Shown: positions 28,808 to 38,880 of the stretch, piece by piece
Layout: each line of letters begins with the position of its first letter
Numbering within the stretch: the first letter of the stretch is position 1
Source of the DNA: Magnetococcales bacterium
Lineage (GTDB): Bacteria; Pseudomonadota; Magnetococcia; Magnetococcales; JADFYX01
Assembly (NCBI GenBank): GCA_015232405.1
Contig: JADFZS010000002.1
Location: forward strand, 11,448 to 75,447
Length of the DNA: 64,000 nt
Direction: 5' to 3'
Program-made: the position numbers and the translations under genes
Notes under the pieces: model-generated
Database searches by the model: none
Told to the model about the DNA's origin: nothing
Seen by the model: only the letters and a program-made list of their open reading frames with translations

Positions 28808-28836
28808 TTGACAGAGTTCCACAGAGCGAGGATTAT
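28808..28836 (+). promoter_or_regulatory. Candidate sigma70 promoter for glyQS
   Basis: TTGACA-N17-GATTAT, about 45 nt upstream of the GTG start. Sequence match only. Confidence 0.3.
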
Positions 28837-28881
28837 TCCAGCAGTTTGTCTATTATGTAGTTGGAGGAGTTGTAACTAATC

Positions 28882-29766
28882 GTGACATTTCAAGAATTGA
28901 TTTTTGCTTTACAAAGCTATTGGGCCAAGAAGGGTTGTGTAATTTTGCAGCCTTACGATATGGAGATGGGTGCAGGAACATTTCACCCTGCCACCTTTCT
29001 TAAGGTTCTTGGGCCAGAGCCGTGGAACACAGCTTATGTGCAACCGTCACGGAGACCAACCGATGGTCGTTATGGGGATAATCCCAACCGTTTGCAGCAC
29101 TACTATCAGTATCAGGTTATTTTAAAACCTTCACCCGGTGATATTCAAGATCTCTACCTTGAATCACTCTCGGCAATTGGTATTGATCCAAAAGCCCATG
29201 ATATCCGCTTTGTTGAGGATGATTGGGAAAGCCCCACCTTGGGTGCATGGGGATTGGGCTGGGAGGTTTGGCTCGATGGTATGGAGGTGACCCAGTTTAC
29301 CTATTTTCAACAGGTTGGTGGCCTGGACCTCAAACCGGTATCCGGTGAGTTGACATACGGTCTGGAGAGGTTGGCTATGTATATCCAGGGCAAGGAGAAT
29401 GTTTACGATCTAATCTGGACTGAAGGTGTCACCTATGGGGATGTCTTCCATCAAAATGAGGTGGAATATTCTCGCTTTAACTTTGAAAGAGCAAATACGG
29501 AGTTGCTTTTTAGTATGTTTAATAACCACGAAAAAGAGGCAATTGCACTATCCAAAGCAGAGCTGCCAATGCCAGCTTATGATCAGATAATTAAATGTTC
29601 CCATGCCTTTAATCTGCTTGATGCCCGTGGAGCCATCAGTGTTACCGAACGAGCCGCCTATATTGGTCGGGTTCGTAATTTGGCAAAACAAGTTGCCGAG
29701 ACCTATTATGCCCAACGTGAAGCGTTGGGTTTCCCCATGTTAAAAGATGCCGAGGTGAAATCGTGA
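28882..29766 (+). CDS. glyQ: Glycine--tRNA ligase alpha subunit
   Basis: GTG start. Begins [39 protein letters not shown]. Confidence 0.96.
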   Translation: MTFQELIFALQSYWAKKGCVILQPYDMEMGAGTFHPATFLKVLGPEPWNTAYVQPSRRPTDGRYGDNPNRLQHYYQYQVILKPSPGDIQDLYLESLSAIGIDPKAHDIRFVEDDWESPTLGAWGLGWEVWLDGMEVTQFTYFQQVGGLDLKPVSGELTYGLERLAMYIQGKENVYDLIWTEGVTYGDVFHQNEVEYSRFNFERANTELLFSMFNNHEKEAIALSKAELPMPAYDQIIKCSHAFNLLDARGAISVTERAAYIGRVRNLAKQVAETYYAQREALGFPMLKDAEVKS

Positions 29767-31874
29767 GTAGCTTTTTTTGGGAGATAGGGGTAGAGGAGAT
29801 TCCAGCTGGAAAACTGGCAGGGGCTATTGATGCACTTGATAACAACATTAAAAAGGCCATTGAAGAGAACAGTCTGGCCCAACAGGGTACTACTGTTGAC
29901 TGTCAGGGTACACCGCGGCGTTTAATGGTGGCAATTAGTGGCTTGGCTGACAAACAGCCCGACACCGAAGAGGAGAGGCGTGGACCTCCTGTGGCAAGGG
30001 CGTTTGATGGTGATGGTAAGCCTACAAAGGCGGCTGAAGGTTTTGCTAAAGGGTGTGGGGTGACAGTGGCTGAACTGGGTCGTCTGCAAACTGCAAAGGG
30101 TGACTATCTAGCCTATAACATAAAACAAGATGGTAAATCTGCTGCAAAAATTTTGCCCCAGATCATGACCGATATTATAACAAACTTTCCCTGGCAAAAG
30201 TCCCAGCGATGGGGCAGTGGGGATATGCGTTTTGTCCGCCCTGTAAACTGGATTGTGGCCCTTTTGGATGGTGAAATTCTTCCTTTTACTACTATTGATG
30301 GTATGGCAGCCTCAAACCAGACCCAAGGCCACCGTTTTATGGCCCGTGGTCCCTATACTGTAAATGATGTTGATAGTTACAAAGAGGCAATGAGCCAGGG
30401 TAAGGTTGTTCTTAGCTCAAAAAAACGTAAAAAAATCATTCGTTCTGGAGTTGAAAAGCTGGCTGAAGAGGTGGGAGGGGTTGCTGTTATTTCAGAATCT
30501 CTACTCATGGAAAATGTTGGTTTGACAGAGTGGCCCCACCCTCTATTGGGAACCTACGATCCCTCATACCTGAAAATACCATCTGAGGTTCTTATAACCT
30601 CCATGCAGTATCACCAAAAATATTTTCCTGTGCAAAATAGCGATGGTGAGCTGCTCCCCAATTTTGTAGCTGTAAGCAACATTGATACAGCGGATAATAA
30701 AGTATTGGTAACAGGTTATGAAAGAGTCTTAAGAGCGCGTCTGGAGGATGCTGCCTTTTATTGGAAATCAGACCAGAGTGTCTCCTTAGAGAGTCGGCTT
30801 GAGGGTTTGAAAACAGTTGTATTTCAGGCCAAGCTTGGCACTGTATACGAAAAAAGCATGCGCATTGAGGCTATAGCCCAAGAGGTTGTTAAACATGTTC
30901 CACAAGCGACAAAAGAGGATACCCTACACGCTGCCAGACTATGCAAATGTGACCTGACAACAGGTATGGTTGGGGAGTTTCCAGAGCTACAAGGTATTAT
31001 GGGTAGTTATTATGCTCTAGCTTCCAATACCAACAAGGATGTAGCAGGAGCAATTAGAGACCATTATCGCCCCCAGGGTGCTGCTGACGATCTTCCTGCC
31101 ACACCTAGTGGTATGGTTGTCTCCATAGCAGACAAGATCGATACCTTGGTTGGCTGTTTTGCTGTTGGACTTGCCCCAAGTGGAGCCAAAGATCCTTTTG
31201 CACTACGGCGTGCTGCACTTGGTGTTATCCGAATCCTGTTAGCTGGTGATGGGGTACGACTGCCTCTAAAATCTATATTGGAGCTGGCTTATGACTCCTA
31301 TACTGACGGGGTTTTAGAGACTGGTAAAGATGAGGTGACACAGATAATTGTAGACTTTTTCTATGGTCGTTTGAAAAATTATCTCAAGGCTGATGGTTTT
31401 GATTACGATCTGATAGATGCGGTACAAGCTTTGGAGCTGGATGATATTTTTGATGTGGTAAAGCGAGTTCAAGCCCTTGCGAAATTTAAGAAACAAAGCT
31501 CCTATGCTGCATTGGTGGCAGCCAATAAACGTATAGCCAATATTCTAGCAAAATCTCAAAAAAGCCCGGAACAGATCAAAAAAATGCAATCAACAGTTGA
31601 TAAAAATCTGTTAACTGTCGATGCAGAGATAGAGATGTATGAAAAAGTTGTTGCCTGTTCAGATGTGGTGACAAACTGTGTTGCAACTCAGGTATATGAC
31701 GAAGCTCTTACAGCTTTGGCTCAGTTGCGAGAGACCATTGACCAGTTTTTTGATCAGGTCATGGTTATGGACGAAAATGTGACGGTTAGAGAAAACCGTT
31801 TGGCGCTTTTAGCACTTGTTCGGGGTACATTTGGCAAAGTTGCCGATGTCAGCCGATTGGTTCTAACGGAGTAA
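29763..31874 (+). CDS. glyS: Glycine--tRNA ligase beta subunit
   Basis: 703 aa. It overlaps the glyQ stop. Begins [13 protein letters not shown]. Also contains [13 protein letters not shown] and [11 protein letters not shown]. Confidence 0.95.
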   Translation: MSSFFWEIGVEEIPAGKLAGAIDALDNNIKKAIEENSLAQQGTTVDCQGTPRRLMVAISGLADKQPDTEEERRGPPVARAFDGDGKPTKAAEGFAKGCGVTVAELGRLQTAKGDYLAYNIKQDGKSAAKILPQIMTDIITNFPWQKSQRWGSGDMRFVRPVNWIVALLDGEILPFTTIDGMAASNQTQGHRFMARGPYTVNDVDSYKEAMSQGKVVLSSKKRKKIIRSGVEKLAEEVGGVAVISESLLMENVGLTEWPHPLLGTYDPSYLKIPSEVLITSMQYHQKYFPVQNSDGELLPNFVAVSNIDTADNKVLVTGYERVLRARLEDAAFYWKSDQSVSLESRLEGLKTVVFQAKLGTVYEKSMRIEAIAQEVVKHVPQATKEDTLHAARLCKCDLTTGMVGEFPELQGIMGSYYALASNTNKDVAGAIRDHYRPQGAADDLPATPSGMVVSIADKIDTLVGCFAVGLAPSGAKDPFALRRAALGVIRILLAGDGVRLPLKSILELAYDSYTDGVLETGKDEVTQIIVDFFYGRLKNYLKADGFDYDLIDAVQALELDDIFDVVKRVQALAKFKKQSSYAALVAANKRIANILAKSQKSPEQIKKMQSTVDKNLLTVDAEIEMYEKVVACSDVVTNCVATQVYDEALTALAQLRETIDQFFDQVMVMDENVTVRENRLALLALVRGTFGKVADVSRLVLTE

Positions 31875-31877
31875 ACA

Positions 31878-32321
31878 ATGGCACAAAAAATTAATCTGGT
31901 GACTTTGGGGGTGGACGACCTGGATGAGGCAATTCTCTTTTATGAGGATGCACTGGGATTTACCAGTATGGCTCAAGAGGGAAGTGTCGCTATATTTAAT
32001 CTCAGCAACTCTTGGTTGGCACTGCTGCCAAAAGGGGCTTTGATAGAGCATAACAATTGGAACACAGACAAAGAAGATCCACTGCTACCATCGGTAAATT
32101 TTTTAACACACCATGTGTCCAGCAAATCAGAGGTTGATGCTGTTATCATGCAGGCAGTTGATGCTGGGGCCAAGCTTTTCAAAGCTCCTGAAGATCTAGA
32201 TATTGGTGGTTATTCCGGTTATTTTACCGACCTTGACGGACATCTATGGCAGGTGGTATGGAACCCTCACTATTGTGACTCACAAGATTCACAAGAGAAC
32301 CGTTTTGCTCTGCCAAACTGA
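31878..32321 (+). CDS. VOC (glyoxalase/bleomycin-resistance fold) family protein
   Basis: Begins INLVTLGVDDLDEAILFYEDALGF. The C-terminus has YFTDLDGHLWQVVWNP. Confidence 0.75.
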   Translation: MAQKINLVTLGVDDLDEAILFYEDALGFTSMAQEGSVAIFNLSNSWLALLPKGALIEHNNWNTDKEDPLLPSVNFLTHHVSSKSEVDAVIMQAVDAGAKLFKAPEDLDIGGYSGYFTDLDGHLWQVVWNPHYCDSQDSQENRFALPN

Positions 32322-32352
32322 ATTATAAAATTAACGAAAGTTAAATATTGGC

Positions 32353-32393
32353 AAAAAAATGGGGAAGATTTAACTATCTTCCCCATTTTTTTT
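32353..32393. terminator. Bidirectional intrinsic terminator
   Basis: A7 run, then ATGGGGAAGAT-ttaact-ATCTTCCCCAT, then T8 run. It lies between the VOC gene (+) and the 65-aa ORF (-). Confidence 0.85.
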
Positions 32394-32449
32394 GCAAAAT
32401 ACTGTAGAAAAAACCAATAGCTACAAATCTACCAAGCTATTTATAGCAA

Positions 32450-32647
32450 TCAAGCGTGGCAGGTGACAATGCCGTGGTAGTACTCAACATAACGTTTTAG
32501 ACGGTTGAGAATTGGAGCTTCAAGATTTTTGATGTTTGTCAGATCTTTGGCACCACTGTGGCGTTTAATAATATCAAATACACTTGGGTTTTTACGGAGA
32601 ACTTCCATTTTTTCCTGTAGTGACAGCATATCCCGTGACATTAGCAT
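32450..32647 (-). CDS. Orphan 65-aa protein of unknown function
   Basis: A good RBS (AAGGA) lies 5 nt before the ATG, and a strong terminator lies downstream. I recognise no family. The C-terminus is YYHGIVTCHA. Confidence 0.5.
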   Translation of the reverse strand: MLMSRDMLSLQEKMEVLRKNPSVFDIIKRHSGAKDLTNIKNLEAPILNRLKRYVEYYHGIVTCHA

Positions 32648-32729
32648 TGTTCCTTTTACAGCAGAATTAAATTGATTGTTAGATGTATTTAATTTAATTC
32701 AATTCCTGTGCCAACATTCGATAATTGAG

Positions 32730-33611
32730 TTATTTGCCAAAAATATGCTTTTTTACCAAATCTACCGGCATTGTTTCACCAGTCCAAATATGAAAAGCGC
32801 GAGCAGCTTGGTGTATCAGCATCCCAAGTCCATCAATAAAAGCTAGACCTTGCGCTTCAGTCAGCTTTTGTAGAGGTGTATCTTGATTGGCAGAGTAGAC
32901 AATATCATAAACAAAAGTGTGGGGTGGTAGTTGTTCTACGGCTAAGGGAAAGCTGTCTTTACCATGGAGACCTAAACTGGTGGTGTTAACCAGGATATCG
33001 ATTTTAGATAGTTGCAGATTAGAAAAATCAAGGGGTATTGGGGTTATATTGGCGTCGGGGTATAGATGGTTAAAATCGTTTGCTAGATCTGTAGCATTTT
33101 TTACCGTCCGGTTGGCTAGAATAATTGTATCAGCACCCTCATCTAAAAGGGCAAGTAGTACAGCACGACATGCTCCACCAGCTCCCAACAGTAAAATATT
33201 TTTCCGGCTCAGGTTGTCGTTATATTTTTCCCTAAGGGCGGTGATAAATCCATATGCATCGGTATTATAACCACTACATATTCCGTTATCATCTATTGCA
33301 ACCGTGTTCACAGCTCCAATTTTCAAAGCAGCAGGGTCTAGATTGTCAACCAATGACACCAGAGGTACTTTATGTGGTACTGTCGCATTAAATCCCAACC
33401 CACCCAGAGCTTTAAAACCGTTAAGAGCTGCTGCTAGTTCATGGGGCCGAACATGAAAAGGGAGGTAGTGGTAGTTAAGGTCAAGCCTGGCCAGGGAAAG
33501 ATTATGTATTTTTGGTGATAGTGAGTGGGCGATAGGATCACCAAAAACCCCAAGAAGGCGACTTTTACCATCACCAAAGATAAAACGATCGCTTATGTCA
33601 AAATTAGTCAT
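32730..33611 (-). CDS. aroE: Shikimate dehydrogenase
   Basis: Contains GVFGDPIAHSLSPKIHN, NATVPHK, GYNTD and LGAGGACRAV. Confidence 0.92.
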   Translation of the reverse strand: MTNFDISDRFIFGDGKSRLLGVFGDPIAHSLSPKIHNLSLARLDLNYHYLPFHVRPHELAAALNGFKALGGLGFNATVPHKVPLVSLVDNLDPAALKIGAVNTVAIDDNGICSGYNTDAYGFITALREKYNDNLSRKNILLLGAGGACRAVLLALLDEGADTIILANRTVKNATDLANDFNHLYPDANITPIPLDFSNLQLSKIDILVNTTSLGLHGKDSFPLAVEQLPPHTFVYDIVYSANQDTPLQKLTEAQGLAFIDGLGMLIHQAARAFHIWTGETMPVDLVKKHIFGK

Positions 33612-33848
33612 GGTTTCTCTTAAAATAAAATGGATTTTTTTAAAGGCACTTATAAATTTTAACTACACTTTTGATGATTAATTAATTGTATTAGAAGTGG
33701 TCACTTAACTGTGTTTAGTCAATTAAGCTACAGTATATCTTTATAAGTAGCACAACAACCTTAAAATGCTGTAGTATCAATATATGATATAAAAGTATTT
33801 AGAGAATTATATTTGATTATCATTACAATGTTGATAAGGAATATTGCT

Positions 33849-34142
33849 ATGGCTTTGCCACCGTTTATTGAACAGCATAAGAGTGAAATTCTTGCTCTAG
33901 CACAAAAACATGGGGTAAGCAATATTAGGGTATTTGGATCAATGGCCCGTGGTAATTACAAACCGGAAAGTGATATAGATTTCCTGGTTGATGTGGTTGG
34001 CAAAACAACTCCTTGGTTTCCAGTCGGAATGATTCAAGACTTAGAGAGTCTCTTGGGACGAAGAGTTGATGTTCTGACAGAAAAAGCGTTGCATCCACTA
34101 ATTAGAGATGAGGCAATTAAATCAGGTATCACTCTATGTTAG
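33849..34142 (+). CDS. mntA: MntA-type nucleotidyltransferase antitoxin (MNT domain)
   Basis: Contains VFGSMARGNYKPESDIDFLVD. I chose ATG 33849 for its AAGGA RBS; the tracked ORF starts at TTG 33813. The stop overlaps the hepT start (ATGTTAG). Confidence 0.8.
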   Translation: MALPPFIEQHKSEILALAQKHGVSNIRVFGSMARGNYKPESDIDFLVDVVGKTTPWFPVGMIQDLESLLGRRVDVLTEKALHPLIRDEAIKSGITLC

Positions 34143-34483
34143 ATGATCGACTGTATATTCATGACATGTTAGAGAGGTCTCAAAGGATAATAGAGTATAC
34201 AAAAGATGGGCGAACTGTTTTTATGTCTGACCCAATGATTCAGGATGCAGTTTGTCGCAACTTTGAAATAATTGGAGAAGCAGCTAAACAGGTTTCTGAT
34301 CCAACCAGAAGCCATGCTCCAGAGGTTCCCTGGCGTTTGATTGCTGGCTTTTGAGATATATTGATTCATCAGTACTCTGGAGTTGATCTCGGATTGGTTT
34401 GGGAACGAGTTGAAAAAGATCTTCCATCTTTAATATGTTCCCTTGAAAAAATTTTAGAAAATATAAATACGATAAAGACTTAA
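34136..34483 (+). pseudogene. hepT: HepT (DUF86/HEPN) toxin gene interrupted by TGA at the catalytic Arg codon
   Basis: The frame reads ...EVPWRLIAGF*DILIHQYSGVDLGLVWERVEKDLPSL... with TGA at 34352-34354. It falls exactly where the HEPN R-x4-H-x-Y motif needs Arg (R-DILI-H-Q-Y). The frame stays open to TAA 34481-34483. Confidence 0.8.
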
Positions 34484-34585
34484 AAGGTTGAAGATTGTCT
34501 TTTAGATTTCATTTTCAACACTTCAATCAGTCCTTTCCACCACAACAAATCAACAATAAAAAAGAAAAAAATTAGACAAACAACC

Positions 34586-36700
34586 ATGATTTTATATTTA
34601 TGTGAAAAACCATCTCAGGCCAGGGATATAGGTCGTGTGCTTGGTGTTACTTCCCGGCGGGATGGCTATCTTGAGGGTAGTGATATTCAGGTTACTTGGT
34701 GCATAGGCCATCTTTTGGAGATGATTGTCCCTGATGGTTATAAGCCGGAGTGGAAGTCTTGGCGTATGGAGACATTGCCAATGGTTCCTGATAGTTGGAA
34801 GTTGGATGTAAGAAAAAGTGTAAACAAACAGTATGGAATTGTACGTACATTATTGAAAAGTGTTGATGAGGTGGTGTTGGCAACCGATGCCGATAGGGAG
34901 GGGGAGACCATAGGCCGTGAGGTTCTAGACCGTTGTCGCTATAGGGGTAGAGTATCACGTTTGTGGCTCTCAGCTTTAGATGATGCAAGTATAAAAAAAG
35001 CTCTATCAGCTAAACTTCCTGGGGAGAAGACCCTACCTCTCTATCATGCTGGTATGGGGCGTGCCAGAGCTGATTGGCTTGTGGGGATGAACCTATCACG
35101 TGTCTACACCATATTGGGGCGACAGGGTGGGTATGACGGTGTATTGACTGTTGGCCGGGTGCAGACGCCAACCCTAAAGTTGGTTGTGGACCGTGATCGT
35201 CAGATTGAAAACTTCAAACCTGTGGATTTTTATGAACTTCTGGTGATATTAAAGGCTGAACAGGGGCGTTTTGTTGCCACTTGGCAGCCGTACAAAAAAA
35301 ACTGCGATGATGTGGGCAGATGTATCGATAAAAAGGTCATAGAGGGAGTTATGGCTAAAGTTATAGACCAGAGTGGTGTGGTTACCAAAGCCGAAACCAA
35401 ACGGGTGAAAGAGTCCCCACCGCTACCCCTGGAGCTTTCAACCCTTCAACAAGAGGCATCCCGTAGATGGTCTTTGGGGGCAAAACGGGTTTTGGAGGTT
35501 GCCCAAGCTCTATATGAAAAACATAAAGCTGTAACCTATCCCAGAACAGATTGTCGTTATCTACCTAACAATCAATTTAAAGATGCCCCTTCTATACTCT
35601 CGGCTCTAGTGGGGTCTGACCCTACTTTGACAGATATTGTGCAAGGGGCCGATGTTAAACTACGCTCCAAAGCCTGGAATGATAAAAAAATCACAGCTCA
35701 TCACGGTATTATTCCCACCACTGCCAGAGTTAATCCTGCAGCCATGAGTCAAGATGAGTCCCGGTTATATGATTTAATCAGGCGACACTATATAGCGCAG
35801 TTTTATCCTGCTTTTGAGTATGATCGCACAGTTATCGATAGCAAGGTGGCCCAAGAGCGGTTTCGTGCTACTGGTCGGGTTGAGCGTGTCCTCGGTTGGA
35901 AAAATGTTATAGGTGGTGGCAATCAAAACAAAAAAAAGATATCCAAAGATCAACAACGTAGTGAGCAGCGATTGCCACCAGTGGATAAAGATGATCCGGT
36001 TGTAGTGGAAAAAGCCAAGATAGAGGAGAAAAAAACCAAGCCGCCTCCACGCTTTGCAGAGGGAACCCTGATTGCAGCAATGAAAAATGTTGGCAGATTG
36101 GTGGAGGATAAACGTCTGCGAAAGATATTGCGGGAGACCTCAGGCATTGGAACCGAGGCCACCAGGGCATCGATAATAGAAAATTTGTTAAACCGTAAGC
36201 TGCTAGTACAAGAGGGTAAAAAAAATCTTGTTAGCCAACCTGCAGCTCGCGCACTTATTGATATGCTGCCCCACAGTGTAACAGACCCTGCAACAACTGC
36301 GGTTTGGGAACAGGCCCTTGATGATATCGCAACTGGTGATGGTAGTTTGGATGGTTTTTTGGGAAAATCTGTAACTTGGATAAATCGTCTGGTGGCAAAT
36401 GTAAAAGAGCGCGATAGACTGGGTATTTCACAATTTGCCAACTTACAGCCCGACGCATCTATCCAGGCCACATCAGTTGCAGAAAATGGGGAAATGAAAC
36501 AATGCCCAAGTTGTGGTAAGGCCATGTTACGGCGTAAAGGGCCAAAAGGATATTTTTTAGGCTGTTCCGGGTATCCCAATTGCAAAAGTACCATGGCTGA
36601 TAACCAGGATGAGAAACCCACCGCTAAAGCTACCGTTGAAACAAAAAAACCGAGGAAAAGAAGAAAAAAGAGAGCTGAAACAACCAGTGTAGCAGGTTGA
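34586..36700 (+). CDS. topB: DNA topoisomerase III with a C-terminal zinc ribbon and a basic tail
   Basis: Toprim region MILYLCEKPSQARDIG and TDADREGE. The active-site Tyr context is AVTYPRTDCRYL. The zinc ribbon is CPSCGKAM...GCSGYPNC. Confidence 0.9.
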   Translation: MILYLCEKPSQARDIGRVLGVTSRRDGYLEGSDIQVTWCIGHLLEMIVPDGYKPEWKSWRMETLPMVPDSWKLDVRKSVNKQYGIVRTLLKSVDEVVLATDADREGETIGREVLDRCRYRGRVSRLWLSALDDASIKKALSAKLPGEKTLPLYHAGMGRARADWLVGMNLSRVYTILGRQGGYDGVLTVGRVQTPTLKLVVDRDRQIENFKPVDFYELLVILKAEQGRFVATWQPYKKNCDDVGRCIDKKVIEGVMAKVIDQSGVVTKAETKRVKESPPLPLELSTLQQEASRRWSLGAKRVLEVAQALYEKHKAVTYPRTDCRYLPNNQFKDAPSILSALVGSDPTLTDIVQGADVKLRSKAWNDKKITAHHGIIPTTARVNPAAMSQDESRLYDLIRRHYIAQFYPAFEYDRTVIDSKVAQERFRATGRVERVLGWKNVIGGGNQNKKKISKDQQRSEQRLPPVDKDDPVVVEKAKIEEKKTKPPPRFAEGTLIAAMKNVGRLVEDKRLRKILRETSGIGTEATRASIIENLLNRKLLVQEGKKNLVSQPAARALIDMLPHSVTDPATTAVWEQALDDIATGDGSLDGFLGKSVTWINRLVANVKERDRLGISQFANLQPDASIQATSVAENGEMKQCPSCGKAMLRRKGPKGYFLGCSGYPNCKSTMADNQDEKPTAKATVETKKPRKRRKKRAETTSVAG

Positions 36701-36815
36701 GAAAATGGATTTTAGTCACAATCTTTGTTAGTCTGTGTAGCGATAATCTGTTTCAATAACACTGTTAAGCTCGGCAGATAACAACATTTTTTAAGAATGC
36801 TAGGATAATAACTGT

Positions 36816-37067
36816 ATGAGTATGGAGCTTTTAACAACTGTCCACCGTGAAATTCTAGGGGTAGCTGATCTGGAACTCACCCCAACCATGACCTCCCGTG
36901 ATGTTGAAAGCTGGGACTCTCTCGCCCAGGTAAGATTGATAATTGCCATTGAGAAATCATTTAATATATCTTTTGATATTCAAGAGTTGGCAAATGTTAG
37001 CCATGTAGGTGATATGGTAACACTAATGCAGAAAAAAGGGTGTGAGATATCCTGGAATAGGGTGTAA
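36816..37067 (+). CDS. Acyl carrier protein (stand-alone, non-FAS type)
   Basis: 83 aa. The phosphopantetheine-attachment context is RDVESWDSLAQVRLIIAIE. Confidence 0.75.
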   Translation: MSMELLTTVHREILGVADLELTPTMTSRDVESWDSLAQVRLIIAIEKSFNISFDIQELANVSHVGDMVTLMQKKGCEISWNRV

Positions 37068-38023
37068 TGAAACAGAGTACACCACTGCCTTTTTTCCTGG
37101 TTGTTGATGATGGTGCATTTCCTAAAGTCCATGGTCATCATGGTCAGCCTATTCCGTTTTCAGCTTATGAGACAATTCTACGCCTAGCTGAAAAATTCAA
37201 CATGCGTATTCCAATCTGTTTTACCATGGGCTATCTGGACTTAGGTAGACGTTGTGGTGATATTGAGCCTCTTTCTTATGGTACAAAGCTTCTAAAATTT
37301 ATTGAAAAACATGAAGACCGCATAGAATTTGCCGAGCATGGGCTGTATCACCGCTTTGGCAACACCACCTTTGAATATTTTAATGACCATAGCCAAGAGG
37401 GGCTTGGTGAGGCGGAACAGAAGCAAAAAATAACTACCATAAAAAATATATTCAAAGATCTAGGAAGAGAGTTCCCAACTCTTCAGGTTCCACCAGCTCA
37501 CGGTTGGCAACCTGGGGTAACAGATAGGCTATATGCCCAGGTAGGTGTAAAAGATATTGTCTCATACCGTTTTAGAAAACATATACTTAGACCATTGGAT
37601 TTAGTTCGCCCCAAAAGGTTGCTAAAGGCTCTATCATCATATGCCTACATCTGGCCTGACTCCCAACATCTGAATTTTTTTCCCCGTGTTAGTATGGGTA
37701 TCTTGGCTAATGATATTAACCCCCATGGAGGTTTTTTAGCGGCAAAGGTCAAAAGATATATCCTACCTGGGCCATATATATTCAGGCGGCTTTTACATAG
37801 AACACCACAACCATTTGCAGTACATAGCTACATGACCCATATTGCCAATTTTGCTGGGCCTGATGCATTTGAATTTTGGGCAGGATTATTGTCTTATGTC
37901 CAAAACTCCGACCGTCTGGTTTTGGCTCACGATCACAAAGAGGCCAAAGCTTTATACCAAGCTTTGCCAGATAGTTTGAAACTTTTAAGTGGTAGCTCTC
38001 CAGCCAATGTAGGGTTAACATGA
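37067..38023 (+). CDS. Hypothetical protein, possibly of the polysaccharide-deacetylase superfamily (CE4/DUF2334-like)
   Basis: Its start overlaps the ACP stop. FLVVDDGAF resembles the NodB-type DD motif, and EFAEHGLYH resembles the His pair. The assignment rests on these two short motifs only. Confidence 0.4.
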   Translation: MKQSTPLPFFLVVDDGAFPKVHGHHGQPIPFSAYETILRLAEKFNMRIPICFTMGYLDLGRRCGDIEPLSYGTKLLKFIEKHEDRIEFAEHGLYHRFGNTTFEYFNDHSQEGLGEAEQKQKITTIKNIFKDLGREFPTLQVPPAHGWQPGVTDRLYAQVGVKDIVSYRFRKHILRPLDLVRPKRLLKALSSYAYIWPDSQHLNFFPRVSMGILANDINPHGGFLAAKVKRYILPGPYIFRRLLHRTPQPFAVHSYMTHIANFAGPDAFEFWAGLLSYVQNSDRLVLAHDHKEAKALYQALPDSLKLLSGSSPANVGLT

Positions 38024-38880
38024 TTAAAATAAAAAAAGCCAATAAAGATGATCATGCCTTGGTTGTTCCCCTATTAAAACACTTTGCAAACCCTCCTGCC
38101 TTGGAGACCATTTTTACGAATCATTGGGGATTGGAGGATAATTTTTTTGGCTATATATTAACTGATGATGACCGGGTTGTTGGTTTTATAGGTACTATTT
38201 TTAGTGAAACGGTTATTGCTGGGGATGTAAGACGTTTTTGCAATATCACCACAATAGTTACCGATGAGGAGTATCGCGACAAAGGGGCCTATCTTTTAAT
38301 GTCTGTTGTGGGCCAAGAGGGGTGTTCATTTACAAATTTCACCCCAACCCCTTCAGTACGTGCGATGTTGTTATCTTTGGGTTTTAAGGAGTTTAACTCC
38401 CTTGCTCATATCTTTCCCCCATTTCCAGCTATTACAACTCTGTTTGCCAAAAGAAAGTGGGTTTTTGATCATGACCAAATTAAAAAAAGTTTAACTGGCA
38501 ACGATCTTAAAATATTTGAAGATCATGTAAAATTTCCCAACTGCTGCCATGGAGTTTTACAAACCCATGAGGGATCTTGTTATTTTTTAGCCAATAGGGT
38601 AGATAAAAAAGGGTTGCCTTTTGCAAAGATCCACTATATTAGCAACATAGATCTTTTTCTGCATCATCTAGGAATGATCCGTTTTAAAATATGTTTGAAG
38701 CTTGGCTCGGTTGCCCTACAGTTAAACCAACATCTTTTGGGGGATAATAACCCACCCTGGTCAATGAGCTTTAACATGCCTTCCAAGCTCTACAAAGCAG
38801 AAGGTCTTAATGAAGAGCAGATAACCACCCTTTATTCAGAAGAGTTGTTGCTTTTAAGTAAGAACCATCTGTTTGGCTGA
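38020..38880 (+). CDS. GNAT/FemAB-like acyltransferase (tentative)
   Basis: 4-nt overlap with the upstream gene. GNAT-like core FGYILTDDDRVVGFIGTIFSE...ITTIVTDEEYRDKGAYLLM, followed by an extra C-terminal domain. Confidence 0.5.
   Translation: MIKIKKANKDDHALVVPLLKHFANPPALETIFTNHWGLEDNFFGYILTDDDRVVGFIGTIFSETVIAGDVRRFCNITTIVTDEEYRDKGAYLLMSVVGQEGCSFTNFTPTPSVRAMLLSLGFKEFNSLAHIFPPFPAITTLFAKRKWVFDHDQIKKSLTGNDLKIFEDHVKFPNCCHGVLQTHEGSCYFLANRVDKKGLPFAKIHYISNIDLFLHHLGMIRFKICLKLGSVALQLNQHLLGDNNPPWSMSFNMPSKLYKAEGLNEEQITTLYSEELLLLSKNHLFG

Noticed and set aside
34352-34354. TGA in hepT as a selenocysteine or programmed read-through codon
   Set aside because: I see no SECIS-like hairpin immediately downstream. 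TGA terminates ordinary genes in this window, and the position requires Arg (CGA) in the HEPN motif. A nonsense mutation is the simpler explanation.
35950-36621. Long antisense ORFs inside well-supported genes: 223 aa opposite topB, 201 aa opposite gltA (11133-11738), 148 aa opposite batA (51458-51904), 139 aa opposite the helicase (40070-40489), and 126 aa opposite era (22784-23164)
   Set aside because: Each is fully nested in a strongly supported, motif-rich gene on the other strand. None shows start signals or family motifs. They are best explained as chance open frames.
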